A stretch of DNA of 24,780 bases from a virus (lineage: Duplodnaviria; Heunggongvirae; Uroviricota; Caudoviricetes): the IMG/VR virus record IMGVR_UViG_3300022555_000015. The stretch is one strand, 5' to 3'. Below the pieces are notes generated by a model that was not told the DNA's origin, made no database searches, and was given only the letters and a program-made list of their open reading frames with translations. Of this stretch, positions 8,115-16,299 are shown one piece after another (positions within the stretch are counted from its first letter, which is position 1; the number at the start of each line of letters is the position of its first letter). Both the position numbers and the translations under genes were made by a program.

Positions 8115-8468
8115 ATGGAAGTAGCCCTTATTCAACCTATTCAATATGCTGTCAAATATGCACAGAACCACAAAGTATGGGTTGTGGTTCTGGTGCCACC
8201 AAAGAACTTGGTTTCTGTTAGGGGAATTCTGATTGGGATTGTGGCTGGGAAATGCCAAGGCAGGACAGCCCTCTTGAGTGGTGGAGGCAAGATTTCGGTA
8301 ATCACTCCTGATACCTCCATAGATATCCCAGAAGGGTACTACAGTATCCGGGTAGGTTGGGGGGTTTCCACACCAGTAGAGGACACGGCAATCAAGAAAT
8401 GGGAAGCCAGTGCCATTAAGATACTGAGTGCCTTCAAGAATGATTTTGATACCCGTTCCTCTGACTAG
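8115..8468 (+). CDS. Hypothetical protein
   Basis: 117-aa ORF starting 1 nt after the upstream stop, with SD GGAGG. Confidence 0.65.
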   Translation: MEVALIQPIQYAVKYAQNHKVWVVVLVPPKNLVSVRGILIGIVAGKCQGRTALLSGGGKISVITPDTSIDIPEGYYSIRVGWGVSTPVEDTAIKKWEASAIKILSAFKNDFDTRSSD

Positions 8469-8491
8469 GGCGTCTATACGACACCAAAGGT

Positions 8492-8797
8492 GTGAGTATC
8501 AACCTTTGGTGGATTGATGGGCAGGGCAGGAACAACCTGGAGGTTGAGGGCCCTGATCTTATCCCCATCTTACCAGATGATGTAATCATTGGTTTCCTGG
8601 AGACAATCCCAGATGCCAGGACAAGTTTGACAGACCTTTACCCTACTATGACTCCAGATGGTAAGGCTAGGGTCGATGCTCTGTTGATAGCTTGTCCTAA
8701 TGCAATGATTCAAGACCCTGATCCTGGTATTGAGTCAGACAAGTTTCAACACAGGTCGAATACGATGGGTATTGTTGACCCTAATCGTTGGAGATGA
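8492..8797 (+). CDS. Hypothetical protein
   Basis: 101-aa ORF with a GTG start and AAGG upstream. Fills the gap in the + strand operon. Confidence 0.55.
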   Translation: MSINLWWIDGQGRNNLEVEGPDLIPILPDDVIIGFLETIPDARTSLTDLYPTMTPDGKARVDALLIACPNAMIQDPDPGIESDKFQHRSNTMGIVDPNRWR

Positions 8798-8800
8798 CAG

Positions 8801-9208
8801 ATGGCAGACCTGAAGTTGTCTGATATGGAACGGTCGTCACTCCAATCCAAGAAATTCCATGCGTACCTCCTAGCGGAGTTTACCTGGAAGATCATTCTTG
8901 GTTTGATGGTGTACCGTTGGGTAGATAAGAGAGCTTCCGTGATGATTGCTGTGATCATCATGGCTGGCTTCATCGAGTGTGGATACATTCTAGGGCAGGC
9001 TGCTCTGGATAGATATGTCAGGGTAACTGCTCTTCTACGGAAGAACGGTGTAACCCCAGAGCAACAGGATAGTGAAGTGGCTACAGGGGATGCTCCTGAA
9101 GCTCCTGTGGCTCCTGAAGCTCCTACTGCCCCCGTGGCACCTGAAGTTCCTGTAGTGACTCCTGATCCCCCTACACCCCCGGCAACTACGCCTGGGGCAA
9201 CTGGATAG
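8801..9208 (+). CDS. Predicted two-TM membrane protein with Ala/Pro-rich tail (holin-like candidate)
   Basis: Hydrophobic stretches FTWKIILGLMVYRW and VMIAVIIMAGFIECGYILG, followed by an APE/APV repeat tail. Confidence 0.6.
   Translation: MADLKLSDMERSSLQSKKFHAYLLAEFTWKIILGLMVYRWVDKRASVMIAVIIMAGFIECGYILGQAALDRYVRVTALLRKNGVTPEQQDSEVATGDAPEAPVAPEAPTAPVAPEVPVVTPDPPTPPATTPGATG
9092..9154 (+). repeat. 7 x 9-bp degenerate tandem repeat encoding APE-APV-APE-APT-APV-APE-VPV
   Basis: gctcctgaa gctcctgtg gctcctgaa gctcctact gcccccgtg gcacctgaa gttcctgta. Confidence 0.8.
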
Positions 9209-9226
9209 TACAGAAGGATGTAGACA

Positions 9227-9556
9227 ATGAGAGCTCTCTGTGTGTTGATGTTTTTGGTGATTGGCTGCGGAGCACATCTCCGTGATACAACCGTGTATCA
9301 GACTGAAGTCACGTTTGTTGACATGACCATCACTCAGCAGGCAGCTACGGCTAGGGAATACCTCCGTAGCCCGGTTTGTACCTGTGCCAATGATACTTGG
9401 GTACCAGCTAGTTGTGCTACGGCAGCGGACAACCTTGCTACGGTGAATGCCCGGTGGCAATGGCACAAGGCGATGATGCTGTACAATGCTAGCCTTGGGA
9501 ACGCTCCTGGTGCAACCCCAGCAATCCCGGCTGTAACCTGTGCGGTGGCTCAATGA
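9227..9556 (+). CDS. Predicted lipoprotein
   Basis: MRALCVLMFLVIG|C: basic residue, hydrophobic core and lipobox-like VIGC. SD AAGGA. Confidence 0.7.
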   Translation: MRALCVLMFLVIGCGAHLRDTTVYQTEVTFVDMTITQQAATAREYLRSPVCTCANDTWVPASCATAADNLATVNARWQWHKAMMLYNASLGNAPGATPAIPAVTCAVAQ

Positions 9557-9927
9557 GTGAGAAGAGCGGAACTTCCGAGGAAATCATCGCTTTCCTCGAT
9601 GCACAGATCAAGGCACTTACCAGTTCCTTGACGGAACCGTGGCAGAAGGTATTGGTCCAAGCTGCAACGGAGCTCGTTGAGAAGAATGGACCGGCTGGTC
9701 TGGACATTCTCTCTGGCATCGTGACGGACATTTTCAGTAACAAACCCCCCAAGCTGGAAGGTCTCTCGCTCAGGACAGCCAGTGATATTCTGGCTGCAAT
9801 GGAGCGGGCCGAAGTAGACAAGCAAGCTCAGATCAATGCGTTCTTGAACGGAACGCTCAAGACCCTGGGGGAGATTCTAGTGAACATTCTCCTTACCATA
9901 CTGGGTCTTGCTATCAAGGCTATCTAA
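9553..9927 (+). CDS. Hypothetical helical protein with C-terminal hydrophobic anchor
   Basis: ATGA overlap with the lipoprotein gene. Ends ILVNILLTILGLAIKAI. Confidence 0.7.
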   Translation: MSEKSGTSEEIIAFLDAQIKALTSSLTEPWQKVLVQAATELVEKNGPAGLDILSGIVTDIFSNKPPKLEGLSLRTASDILAAMERAEVDKQAQINAFLNGTLKTLGEILVNILLTILGLAIKAI

Positions 9928-9950
9928 GTAGCCTACTAGGAGAGACTTCA

Positions 9951-10487
9951 ATGGTTGACCGTTCCCTCACAGTTGCCCCCATGGACATCTTCTCGGCTGA
10001 TGCCCCCAAGCCTATTCCTCCCGCACCACTCCCGAAACCTCGTGAGATGTGGTTCAATCCAACTCTCACAAAGCCTAGGCCCCTACCCGAGAATATCCCC
10101 GAGGAGTTAAAGGCAGAGGAAACGACCAAGGCATTAGTAATGCCTATTCAGGCACCATCGAAGCCTTCAATCAGAGAGCTACAGCCGCCGAAGGATATCC
10201 GGTCTGCTTTCTCTGGCGATACTTACAAGGCTCTCCCAATTGAGGGTGTTACCCATGCACCCCTTCCCACGATCCCGGCACCCCCAGTGAGCGTGACTGA
10301 AGCTCTGAAAACTGTTGAACCCGTGGAACCCGTGGAACCCGTAGAAACAACAGAGAAGAAGTGGTCTTCGGTAATGAAAAAGGATGAACTCCTGATGATT
10401 GCCAAGAGTAAGAACTTGGTTATCCCAGAGGGTGCAACCAAGGGCGATCTCATCCTTCTCCTCAAAGCTTCTGACACAGTAGAGTAG
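9951..10487 (+). CDS. Pro-rich protein with C-terminal HeH/Rho-N-like helical domain
   Basis: SD AGGAG. KWSSVMKKDELLMIAKSKNLVIPEGATKGDLILLL resembles HeH/LEM/Rho-N modules. Contains VEP repeats. Confidence 0.6.
   Translation: MVDRSLTVAPMDIFSADAPKPIPPAPLPKPREMWFNPTLTKPRPLPENIPEELKAEETTKALVMPIQAPSKPSIRELQPPKDIRSAFSGDTYKALPIEGVTHAPLPTIPAPPVSVTEALKTVEPVEPVEPVETTEKKWSSVMKKDELLMIAKSKNLVIPEGATKGDLILLLKASDTVE
10314..10346 (+). repeat. 9-bp tandem repeat encoding VEP-VEP-VEP-VE
   Basis: gttgaaccc gtggaaccc gtggaaccc gtagaa. Confidence 0.8.
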
Positions 10488-10495
10488 AGTACTGA

Positions 10496-10897
10496 GTGAC
10501 CTACAAGGTTGCTAAGTACATCCCTCAGAGCCTTTACGGATTTCTTGATGGGAACGGGCAATCCCTGTTCTTTCACCTAAGCTCCTTCAAACCTTACCAT
10601 GCTGAGACAGTTCCTCCTATTGCGGGGGAAACTGTAGATGTAACCCTCACTCCAGAGGGTAAGGTCAAAGAAATACATAGGACAGGTTTGCCTCTACCCC
10701 TTGAAGGGGTTGTGGTTACCTTCGATCAAAAGATGGGCTTCGGTTTTCTACGGTCGGAAGACAACCTACTGTTCTTCTTGCATCGTAGCGAAATCGTGGA
10801 TGGCAGGCTCCCTAGACCTCAACAAAGGGTAAGGTTCTATAGTGGTTCCAGGGATGGGAAGCTAAGAGCCTGTTACGTGGAGATTCTCAATGGATGA
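10496..10897 (+). CDS. Tandem cold-shock domain (CSD x2) nucleic-acid-binding protein
   Basis: RNP1/RNP2-like pairs LYGFL...LFFHLS and GFGFL...FFLHRS. GTG start. Confidence 0.8.
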   Translation: MTYKVAKYIPQSLYGFLDGNGQSLFFHLSSFKPYHAETVPPIAGETVDVTLTPEGKVKEIHRTGLPLPLEGVVVTFDQKMGFGFLRSEDNLLFFLHRSEIVDGRLPRPQQRVRFYSGSRDGKLRACYVEILNG

Positions 10898-11462
10898 AAA
10901 TGAGTTCGGAGGGAGGAATCCCAACTTCGTCTACACCCCCATGACGGAGGTAGAACAAGAAGTTGTCTCTCGGCTGGTTGAATCTGGGGAGCTTGTAGTG
11001 ATTCTCCATGGGTGGGGTTTCATGGAAAACCTTGCCATCGTATTCGGAGATGCTCGGATCAGTATTCCGATCAAGCTTACTTTCCATGCCCCAGAGACAC
11101 CAATAGCTGTGCCCTTCTTTGACCTGGAACTTCGTACCAGGAGTGGCATCACTCTCTTCCGAGAGAAGCAGTCCACGATGACTGGTGGACAACCTCTCCA
11201 GGTCTGTGAGGGTGTGACTGTAGAGATGATCTGGGACATCGGGATCAGAAAGCTGGACCCCGGATTGGTGAAGCTTATCAAGCCCGGTGCTACAGGTCTT
11301 ACCTCTCGACTCATTGACAAAGACACGGGAGATGAGACTCTCACCGGCAACATGAGTCTCTCTAACCATAAGAAGAACCTTCTACAGATGGTCCGAGAGG
11401 GTGAGGCTAGGGTGCGAAAATTCAATCAGGATCAGGTAGCTGAACTAGAGAAGAAGCCCTAG
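10890..11462 (+). CDS. Hypothetical protein
   Basis: 190-aa ORF overlapping the upstream stop by 8 nt. No recognisable motif. Confidence 0.7.
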   Translation: MDENEFGGRNPNFVYTPMTEVEQEVVSRLVESGELVVILHGWGFMENLAIVFGDARISIPIKLTFHAPETPIAVPFFDLELRTRSGITLFREKQSTMTGGQPLQVCEGVTVEMIWDIGIRKLDPGLVKLIKPGATGLTSRLIDKDTGDETLTGNMSLSNHKKNLLQMVREGEARVRKFNQDQVAELEKKP

Positions 11463-12064
11463 GGATCTACAGGTGCTTCAATACCACCCTCAGACGGGGC
11501 TTCATTTTGCTCAGTTTGCTCTTCCTGTTCCTGTTCCGTTAGAAGTACCCTTTTGTCTACCCGTTCAGACAGGTGCATGGCAAACTCAGGGCTATAGCCA
11601 CGGGTTCTGCGATGGAAGCACAATCCATAGCGAAACCGTCTGGTCGCACCTAGCCAAGTCCCACAGACCCGGTAACTAGTCGCAAGAGCACTGGCAGCAT
11701 GGTTGGGAGTCCCTGCCGTGTGCCTTCTGGTTCGGCTGATGGGTGCTCCCCAGTTCCCGCCCTCCCCGTGATCACAACCCCAGTGCGTTTCCAGTAGGGC
11801 TATGGTCAGGAGAAGGGACACCGGCACATTGTAGAGCCTAGAGCCTTCTTCGGCCCGTTCAGCGATCCTTTCACGGGTCCGTTCGAAGCATCCCCGTACT
11901 CTGGCAGGTAACCTTGGGATGAGACTCACAAGAGCCGTAAGTGACCTCTGTGCCTGTGTCTGTTGGACCTGTATCTCTTGAACAGAACCCCTTACCGTCT
12001 CAGTAGCCTCCAGAGAAGCTACTGAAATGATGAGGGATAGCATCATGGGCCATTGAGATAACAT
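11459..12064 (-). CDS. Secreted lysozyme-like / lytic transglycosylase (SLT)-like protein
   Basis: SD GGAGG before ATG12064. N-terminal hydrophobic segment. SRLYNVPVSLLLTIALLETHWG resembles the SLT helix carrying the catalytic Glu. Confidence 0.55.
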   Translation of the reverse strand: MLSQWPMMLSLIISVASLEATETVRGSVQEIQVQQTQAQRSLTALVSLIPRLPARVRGCFERTRERIAERAEEGSRLYNVPVSLLLTIALLETHWGCDHGEGGNWGAPISRTRRHTAGTPNHAASALATSYRVCGTWLGATRRFRYGLCFHRRTRGYSPEFAMHLSERVDKRVLLTEQEQEEQTEQNEAPSEGGIEAPVDP

Positions 12065-12119
12065 TACGCCTCCAGGTAGGTGTTTACCGTACCCGATACT
12101 TACTCTTTCATAGGGAATT

Positions 12120-12566
12120 TCAGGATTTGACTTTGATGTACCTGAGTTCGTTCTTCAACTCAGGATGGGGGGTGCGGTCAACATCATGGATCACCCCACC
12201 TGTCAGCCCTAGTTGATCTTGCAGAACAGATACTACTTTGTGAGGGTCAAAATCTTTGCAAGAATAGAGGTCAAAACTGAGACGGTCATGGAGGGGCCAT
12301 GTGTGGATTGAAACATGACTAGTACTGAGAATAGCATGTCCTACTGTGAAACCAGTCACACCACCACAATCCTTCGGACTACTAGCGTCTTCTGGACTCA
12401 GGTCTACTGTCACCATCTGTGCAGGTTTGAGAATTTCCATCTTAACCTCTTTGATCAAGCGGTTAAGTAGCGTAGAGAGGTATACTTCATCATTGGCTTT
12501 CTCCCTGAAATCAGGGTGAAAGAACCCAGTGACGAGTAGATGCCTACCCGTGGCGGTGTTGTCCAT
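12120..12566 (-). CDS. speD: S-adenosylmethionine decarboxylase (SpeD class 1B)-like pyruvoyl proenzyme
   Basis: GRHLLV at the N-terminus. LSTSHVSIHTWP self-cleavage motif. SFDLYSCKDFDP. SD GGAGG. Confidence 0.85.
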   Translation of the reverse strand: MDNTATGRHLLVTGFFHPDFREKANDEVYLSTLLNRLIKEVKMEILKPAQMVTVDLSPEDASSPKDCGGVTGFTVGHAILSTSHVSIHTWPLHDRLSFDLYSCKDFDPHKVVSVLQDQLGLTGGVIHDVDRTPHPELKNELRYIKVKS

Positions 12567-12652
12567 CTGGCCTCCAAATGAGCCTCAAAAGGTTCATGGC
12601 TGGGAAACTCCTGTGATGGTTCATTCCCTATAAGCAATCTGTTGTGAACCCT

Positions 12653-15600
12653 ATGAACGACCAAGACTTTACCGTCCTTGCTGCGGAACTCCTGGAAGAT
12701 GCTGATAACCAGGAAGAGGAAAAGAAGCTCGTTGGTGGGCTTTCTGAAAGGTTCCTTATCCAGACCAAGAGAACTCTAGGGCCCTATGCTATCCCCTTCT
12801 TTGAGTTCTATAATACCGCTTGGAGGGTAGCAGAAGGTGTATCCCCAATTCCCGAGAAGGGACTACTCTTTGAGTTCAAGTTCGTAACCCGTAAGATTCA
12901 ACCTATCCTGAACAAGCGACTTGGAATTCAGATCAGTGACGTAAATAACATCATTCAGGATGCTATCACAGACGTTCGGCCCTACATCGAGAGAATTGCA
13001 ACCAACCCTACCATAGCTCGCAGGGTTGGTTTGACCCTCTCCAAGATGTATGAACAGTTGGGGTCTTTTCTAGGGTATTCACTGGGAAGATTCCCTGGCA
13101 GACCTCCTATTGGGTGGCCCATCCTTCGTAAGTTGAGTTCGAAGGAGAAAGACCTGGAGAAGCTCAAGGCAACAAACCCTGGGCTATATCAATCCATCGT
13201 AGACCGCAAAACCGAGATTGAGAAGACTCGGAACGGGATCATTGGACACCTGGAAGGGAATGGTTGGACCGTTTCCCGTCAGAGGGTGCTGGGCTCACCT
13301 GAGATTATTGCTTCGGACCCTAGGACTGGGGAGAAATGGGTTCACACCTTAGATGGTAGGATTCTGTCTATTGAAACTAGAGAAAAGGAACTCCAGGCAA
13401 AGGAAGAATCCCGTAAGAAGTCCACCAGGATTTTTCCTGGAGGGCTTCCAACTGAGAAAGATCCGGGCCTTTCCCTGGAGGGTATCCGATCCGTTGACCC
13501 CAACAAGATCGAAGAATTCATTCCAGCGGGGCAGACCTCACGTTGGGTGGCTTTGACTGACTCCCAGGTTCAAGACCCTGGTACCCGTATCTATGCCGTC
13601 AAGAGAGACAAGAATGGCAAGGACATTGTAACGGAGGGTCGGTTCAAGGGCATCTATATGGATGACCTTGTGAACCGTACAGGTAGGCTCATCGAAGGGG
13701 CTGCATTTGACTTCGATGCAATGGGTAAGCGTATTCCCTTTGAGACCCGTGGGGAAACTGGGGAAATCAACATAACAGTAAGGAAAGAGCCTTACGTCAC
13801 CATTGATAGCAGAGGACGCTTGATGGTGAAGTGTCCCTACAAGGGTGGTCGAGGAGTTGACCCCTTCACAGGGCCCCGGAACCATCTGGCTAGACTCTCT
13901 AGGGCCATACCTACCATTCAGTACGAAGAGGGCACCAACAAGACGACCTATACCTTTGAGCCGAAGGACTTCCCGGCTGTCCGATCTGCCCTAGGGGGGA
14001 TGTGTCTCTCTGGGGCTGCTTCAGACATGATCAAGGCTTTCTTCGATAAACTTTCACGTCAGGAGAGAGCACAGGATCAGGAGAATCTCAAGCATTATAC
14101 CAAGACTAGAATCGGGGGGTTCAAGATTGAAGAAGTCCTGGATGATAAGGGTCAACCTTATGATCCCCCCAGGTATCACCCAGAGTTGTTTGCCAAGCAA
14201 CGTCAGGGTCTTGCATGGCTTGAGTCCCGTGGGTATTCAGGAGTCTGTGCCCTTGATACTGGAGTAGGCAAAACAAGCGTGGCTATTGCTACAGCACAGA
14301 AGATGACCCGAGATGGTTTGGCAGAGCCAGGGTCTAGGTTCCTGTATGTATGCCCGGCTGCTTTGAAGGGTAACTTCTCCAAGGAAGCCAAGTTGTGGTT
14401 ATTGGAGAAGGAAGATATCTTAAACGATGAGGGCAATACTGTCACTACACATCCAGCACAAGACCTCCTGGATAGGGTAGATGTAATTTCCTATACCGAA
14501 TTCTCCAGAAGACGTTCAGAGGATGCTTCTTTCGGTGAGAACCCTCCGTATGCAGCGGTTTTCTTTGATGAGGCACAGGCACTCAAGAAGCACACGTCGA
14601 GTTCAGCTAAGGCAGTTACAAGTCTGAAGCATCCTCGGAAAATTCTCCTGACGGCTAGCCCAATGGAGACCAACCCTGACGAGATGTATACGTTAGTTGC
14701 GGTTGCACAGGGTCGTGACATGGAGGACCCGGAAGAAGTCCGGGAACTGGAGAGATTCCGTACTCGGTTCATGCTTCGAATCGGGGGACGGTCTATGGGG
14801 CTCAAGAAGCCTACTGATGAGGACCCCACGGTTCAAGAGGACTTCAAGACCTGGGTGAAGTCCAATCTCTACCATGCCAAGAAGACAGATGTAGTGGAGA
14901 TGCCTCTCCCTGAGCTCAATCGGGATGTGCGGGCACTCACGATGGAACCTGCGGTTGAGGCAGAATACCGGAAGGTCACAGAGGGTATCTCCAAGGTTCT
15001 AGCTGGACTTATCACTCGGTACCGTGACCTGAAGGATGTGCCTGGGGCAGACCTGAAGAAGTTGGTGACTTCTTTCCGGTTCAAACTGGCACCGGAACTT
15101 GCCAAACTCAATGCTCTGGCAAACTTCCCTGAAGAGTCCATTCCTGGTTCCAGGAGCCCCAAGGTTAGTGCTTCTCTTGACATCATTGGAGAGAAGATTG
15201 GGAGTCAGGGGAGGGTGCTACTCTTCACTGACTCTCTTGAGATGGCTAGGTTGACCATACAGAAAGTCTCTTCGGCTTTCCCAGGAGTCACCCATGCGGT
15301 AGCTCTAGCCAATGCCATTGAGATATGGTCCAAGGGTCAGAAGATCAGGAGCTATACACAGAAGTCCTACACGGATTCTACAGGGAAAGCTACCAAGCCG
15401 AAGGAGTGGAAAGTCTTCGTTCTCCAGGAGTACGTCAACAAGGACAGCAATGTTAAAACCTGTATCTTGACCAAGAGTTATGTCCTTGGACAGAACATGC
15501 AAGCATTCAGTACGGTCATTCACCTGGACCGTGACAACTTCAACTCTGAAACAATGAAGCAACGGACAGCCCGTGCCTGGAGAACTGGGCAGGGCACTCC

Positions 15601-16045
15601 TGTAGAAGAAGTTACCTTGGATGTGACCTACTCCAGCACCAAGGATGACAAAGATGCTACGATGGATGAGATTCGTAGGGTCATGCAGGAGATGGAGGAG
15701 AGGTTCTTTGAGGAAGTGGTGGGGGGGTCCCAAGCAGCGGCTATCGGAACCGAATGGGGTGAGATGGGGGTTGCTTCGGCTGACTTCTTTGCTGTCAACC
15801 GTAATTTGACAGAACTAGCTCTGTCACCGACACCTTCCAAGGTTGCCAAGATTGCAGAGGATGACATCCTCAAACACGACCCAGGTTTCCATAGTTTCAT
15901 GGATGAGCGCAATCAGGATGCCTTGACCTACCAGATGAAAGAGGATGCTATTCAGAGCGGTGCTAGGGGTATGCCTGATATGAACTTTCTGATGGGACAG
16001 GGAAGGCCAGATGACCTTGAAACCATGTGGGGTCCGACTCTATGA
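12653..16045 (+). CDS. Large SNF2-family (SF2) ATPase/helicase with ~520-aa unknown N-terminal region
   Basis: FAKQRQGLAWL (Q motif), ALDTGVGKT, FLYVCP, FFDEAQ, LLTASPMET, QRTARAWRTGQ. ATG12653 is preferred; the track starts at GTG12644. Confidence 0.85.
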   Translation: MNDQDFTVLAAELLEDADNQEEEKKLVGGLSERFLIQTKRTLGPYAIPFFEFYNTAWRVAEGVSPIPEKGLLFEFKFVTRKIQPILNKRLGIQISDVNNIIQDAITDVRPYIERIATNPTIARRVGLTLSKMYEQLGSFLGYSLGRFPGRPPIGWPILRKLSSKEKDLEKLKATNPGLYQSIVDRKTEIEKTRNGIIGHLEGNGWTVSRQRVLGSPEIIASDPRTGEKWVHTLDGRILSIETREKELQAKEESRKKSTRIFPGGLPTEKDPGLSLEGIRSVDPNKIEEFIPAGQTSRWVALTDSQVQDPGTRIYAVKRDKNGKDIVTEGRFKGIYMDDLVNRTGRLIEGAAFDFDAMGKRIPFETRGETGEINITVRKEPYVTIDSRGRLMVKCPYKGGRGVDPFTGPRNHLARLSRAIPTIQYEEGTNKTTYTFEPKDFPAVRSALGGMCLSGAASDMIKAFFDKLSRQERAQDQENLKHYTKTRIGGFKIEEVLDDKGQPYDPPRYHPELFAKQRQGLAWLESRGYSGVCALDTGVGKTSVAIATAQKMTRDGLAEPGSRFLYVCPAALKGNFSKEAKLWLLEKEDILNDEGNTVTTHPAQDLLDRVDVISYTEFSRRRSEDASFGENPPYAAVFFDEAQALKKHTSSSAKAVTSLKHPRKILLTASPMETNPDEMYTLVAVAQGRDMEDPEEVRELERFRTRFMLRIGGRSMGLKKPTDEDPTVQEDFKTWVKSNLYHAKKTDVVEMPLPELNRDVRALTMEPAVEAEYRKVTEGISKVLAGLITRYRDLKDVPGADLKKLVTSFRFKLAPELAKLNALANFPEESIPGSRSPKVSASLDIIGEKIGSQGRVLLFTDSLEMARLTIQKVSSAFPGVTHAVALANAIEIWSKGQKIRSYTQKSYTDSTGKATKPKEWKVFVLQEYVNKDSNVKTCILTKSYVLGQNMQAFSTVIHLDRDNFNSETMKQRTARAWRTGQGTPVEEVTLDVTYSSTKDDKDATMDEIRRVMQEMEERFFEEVVGGSQAAAIGTEWGEMGVASADFFAVNRNLTELALSPTPSKVAKIAEDDILKHDPGFHSFMDERNQDALTYQMKEDAIQSGARGMPDMNFLMGQGRPDDLETMWGPTL

Positions 16046-16296
16046 TCAACCCAGAGACAACCCAGGAATGGGCCAAGTACATCACTGACCTCTCTGCCGA
16101 GGAACTCTTCGATCAGGCAGAGACCGCAGGAACTACTACCTTTGCAGACCTACTACGGGAAGAGGGCAAGAACCCACAGCAAATCCATGGGGTTCTTGTA
16201 TTGTTTGCACAGGAATTCCAGAAGAGAGGGTTGGAGCCACCGGGTAGGGCTAACGGCTGTTACGTTGACTTCAGACGTATCCTGACCATTGAATAA
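16042..16296 (+). CDS. Hypothetical protein
   Basis: ATG16042 overlaps the SNF2 TGA (ATGA). The track's 16027 start is less likely. Confidence 0.65.
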   Translation: MINPETTQEWAKYITDLSAEELFDQAETAGTTTFADLLREEGKNPQQIHGVLVLFAQEFQKRGLEPPGRANGCYVDFRRILTIE

Positions 16297-16299
16297 CCC

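Noticed and set aside
12566-12652. GGTTCA...TGAACC dyad and TATAAG in the divergent speD/SNF2 gap
   Set aside because: A promoter must exist here, but the elements are short, widely spaced and not repeated in other intergenic regions, so no specific call is supported.
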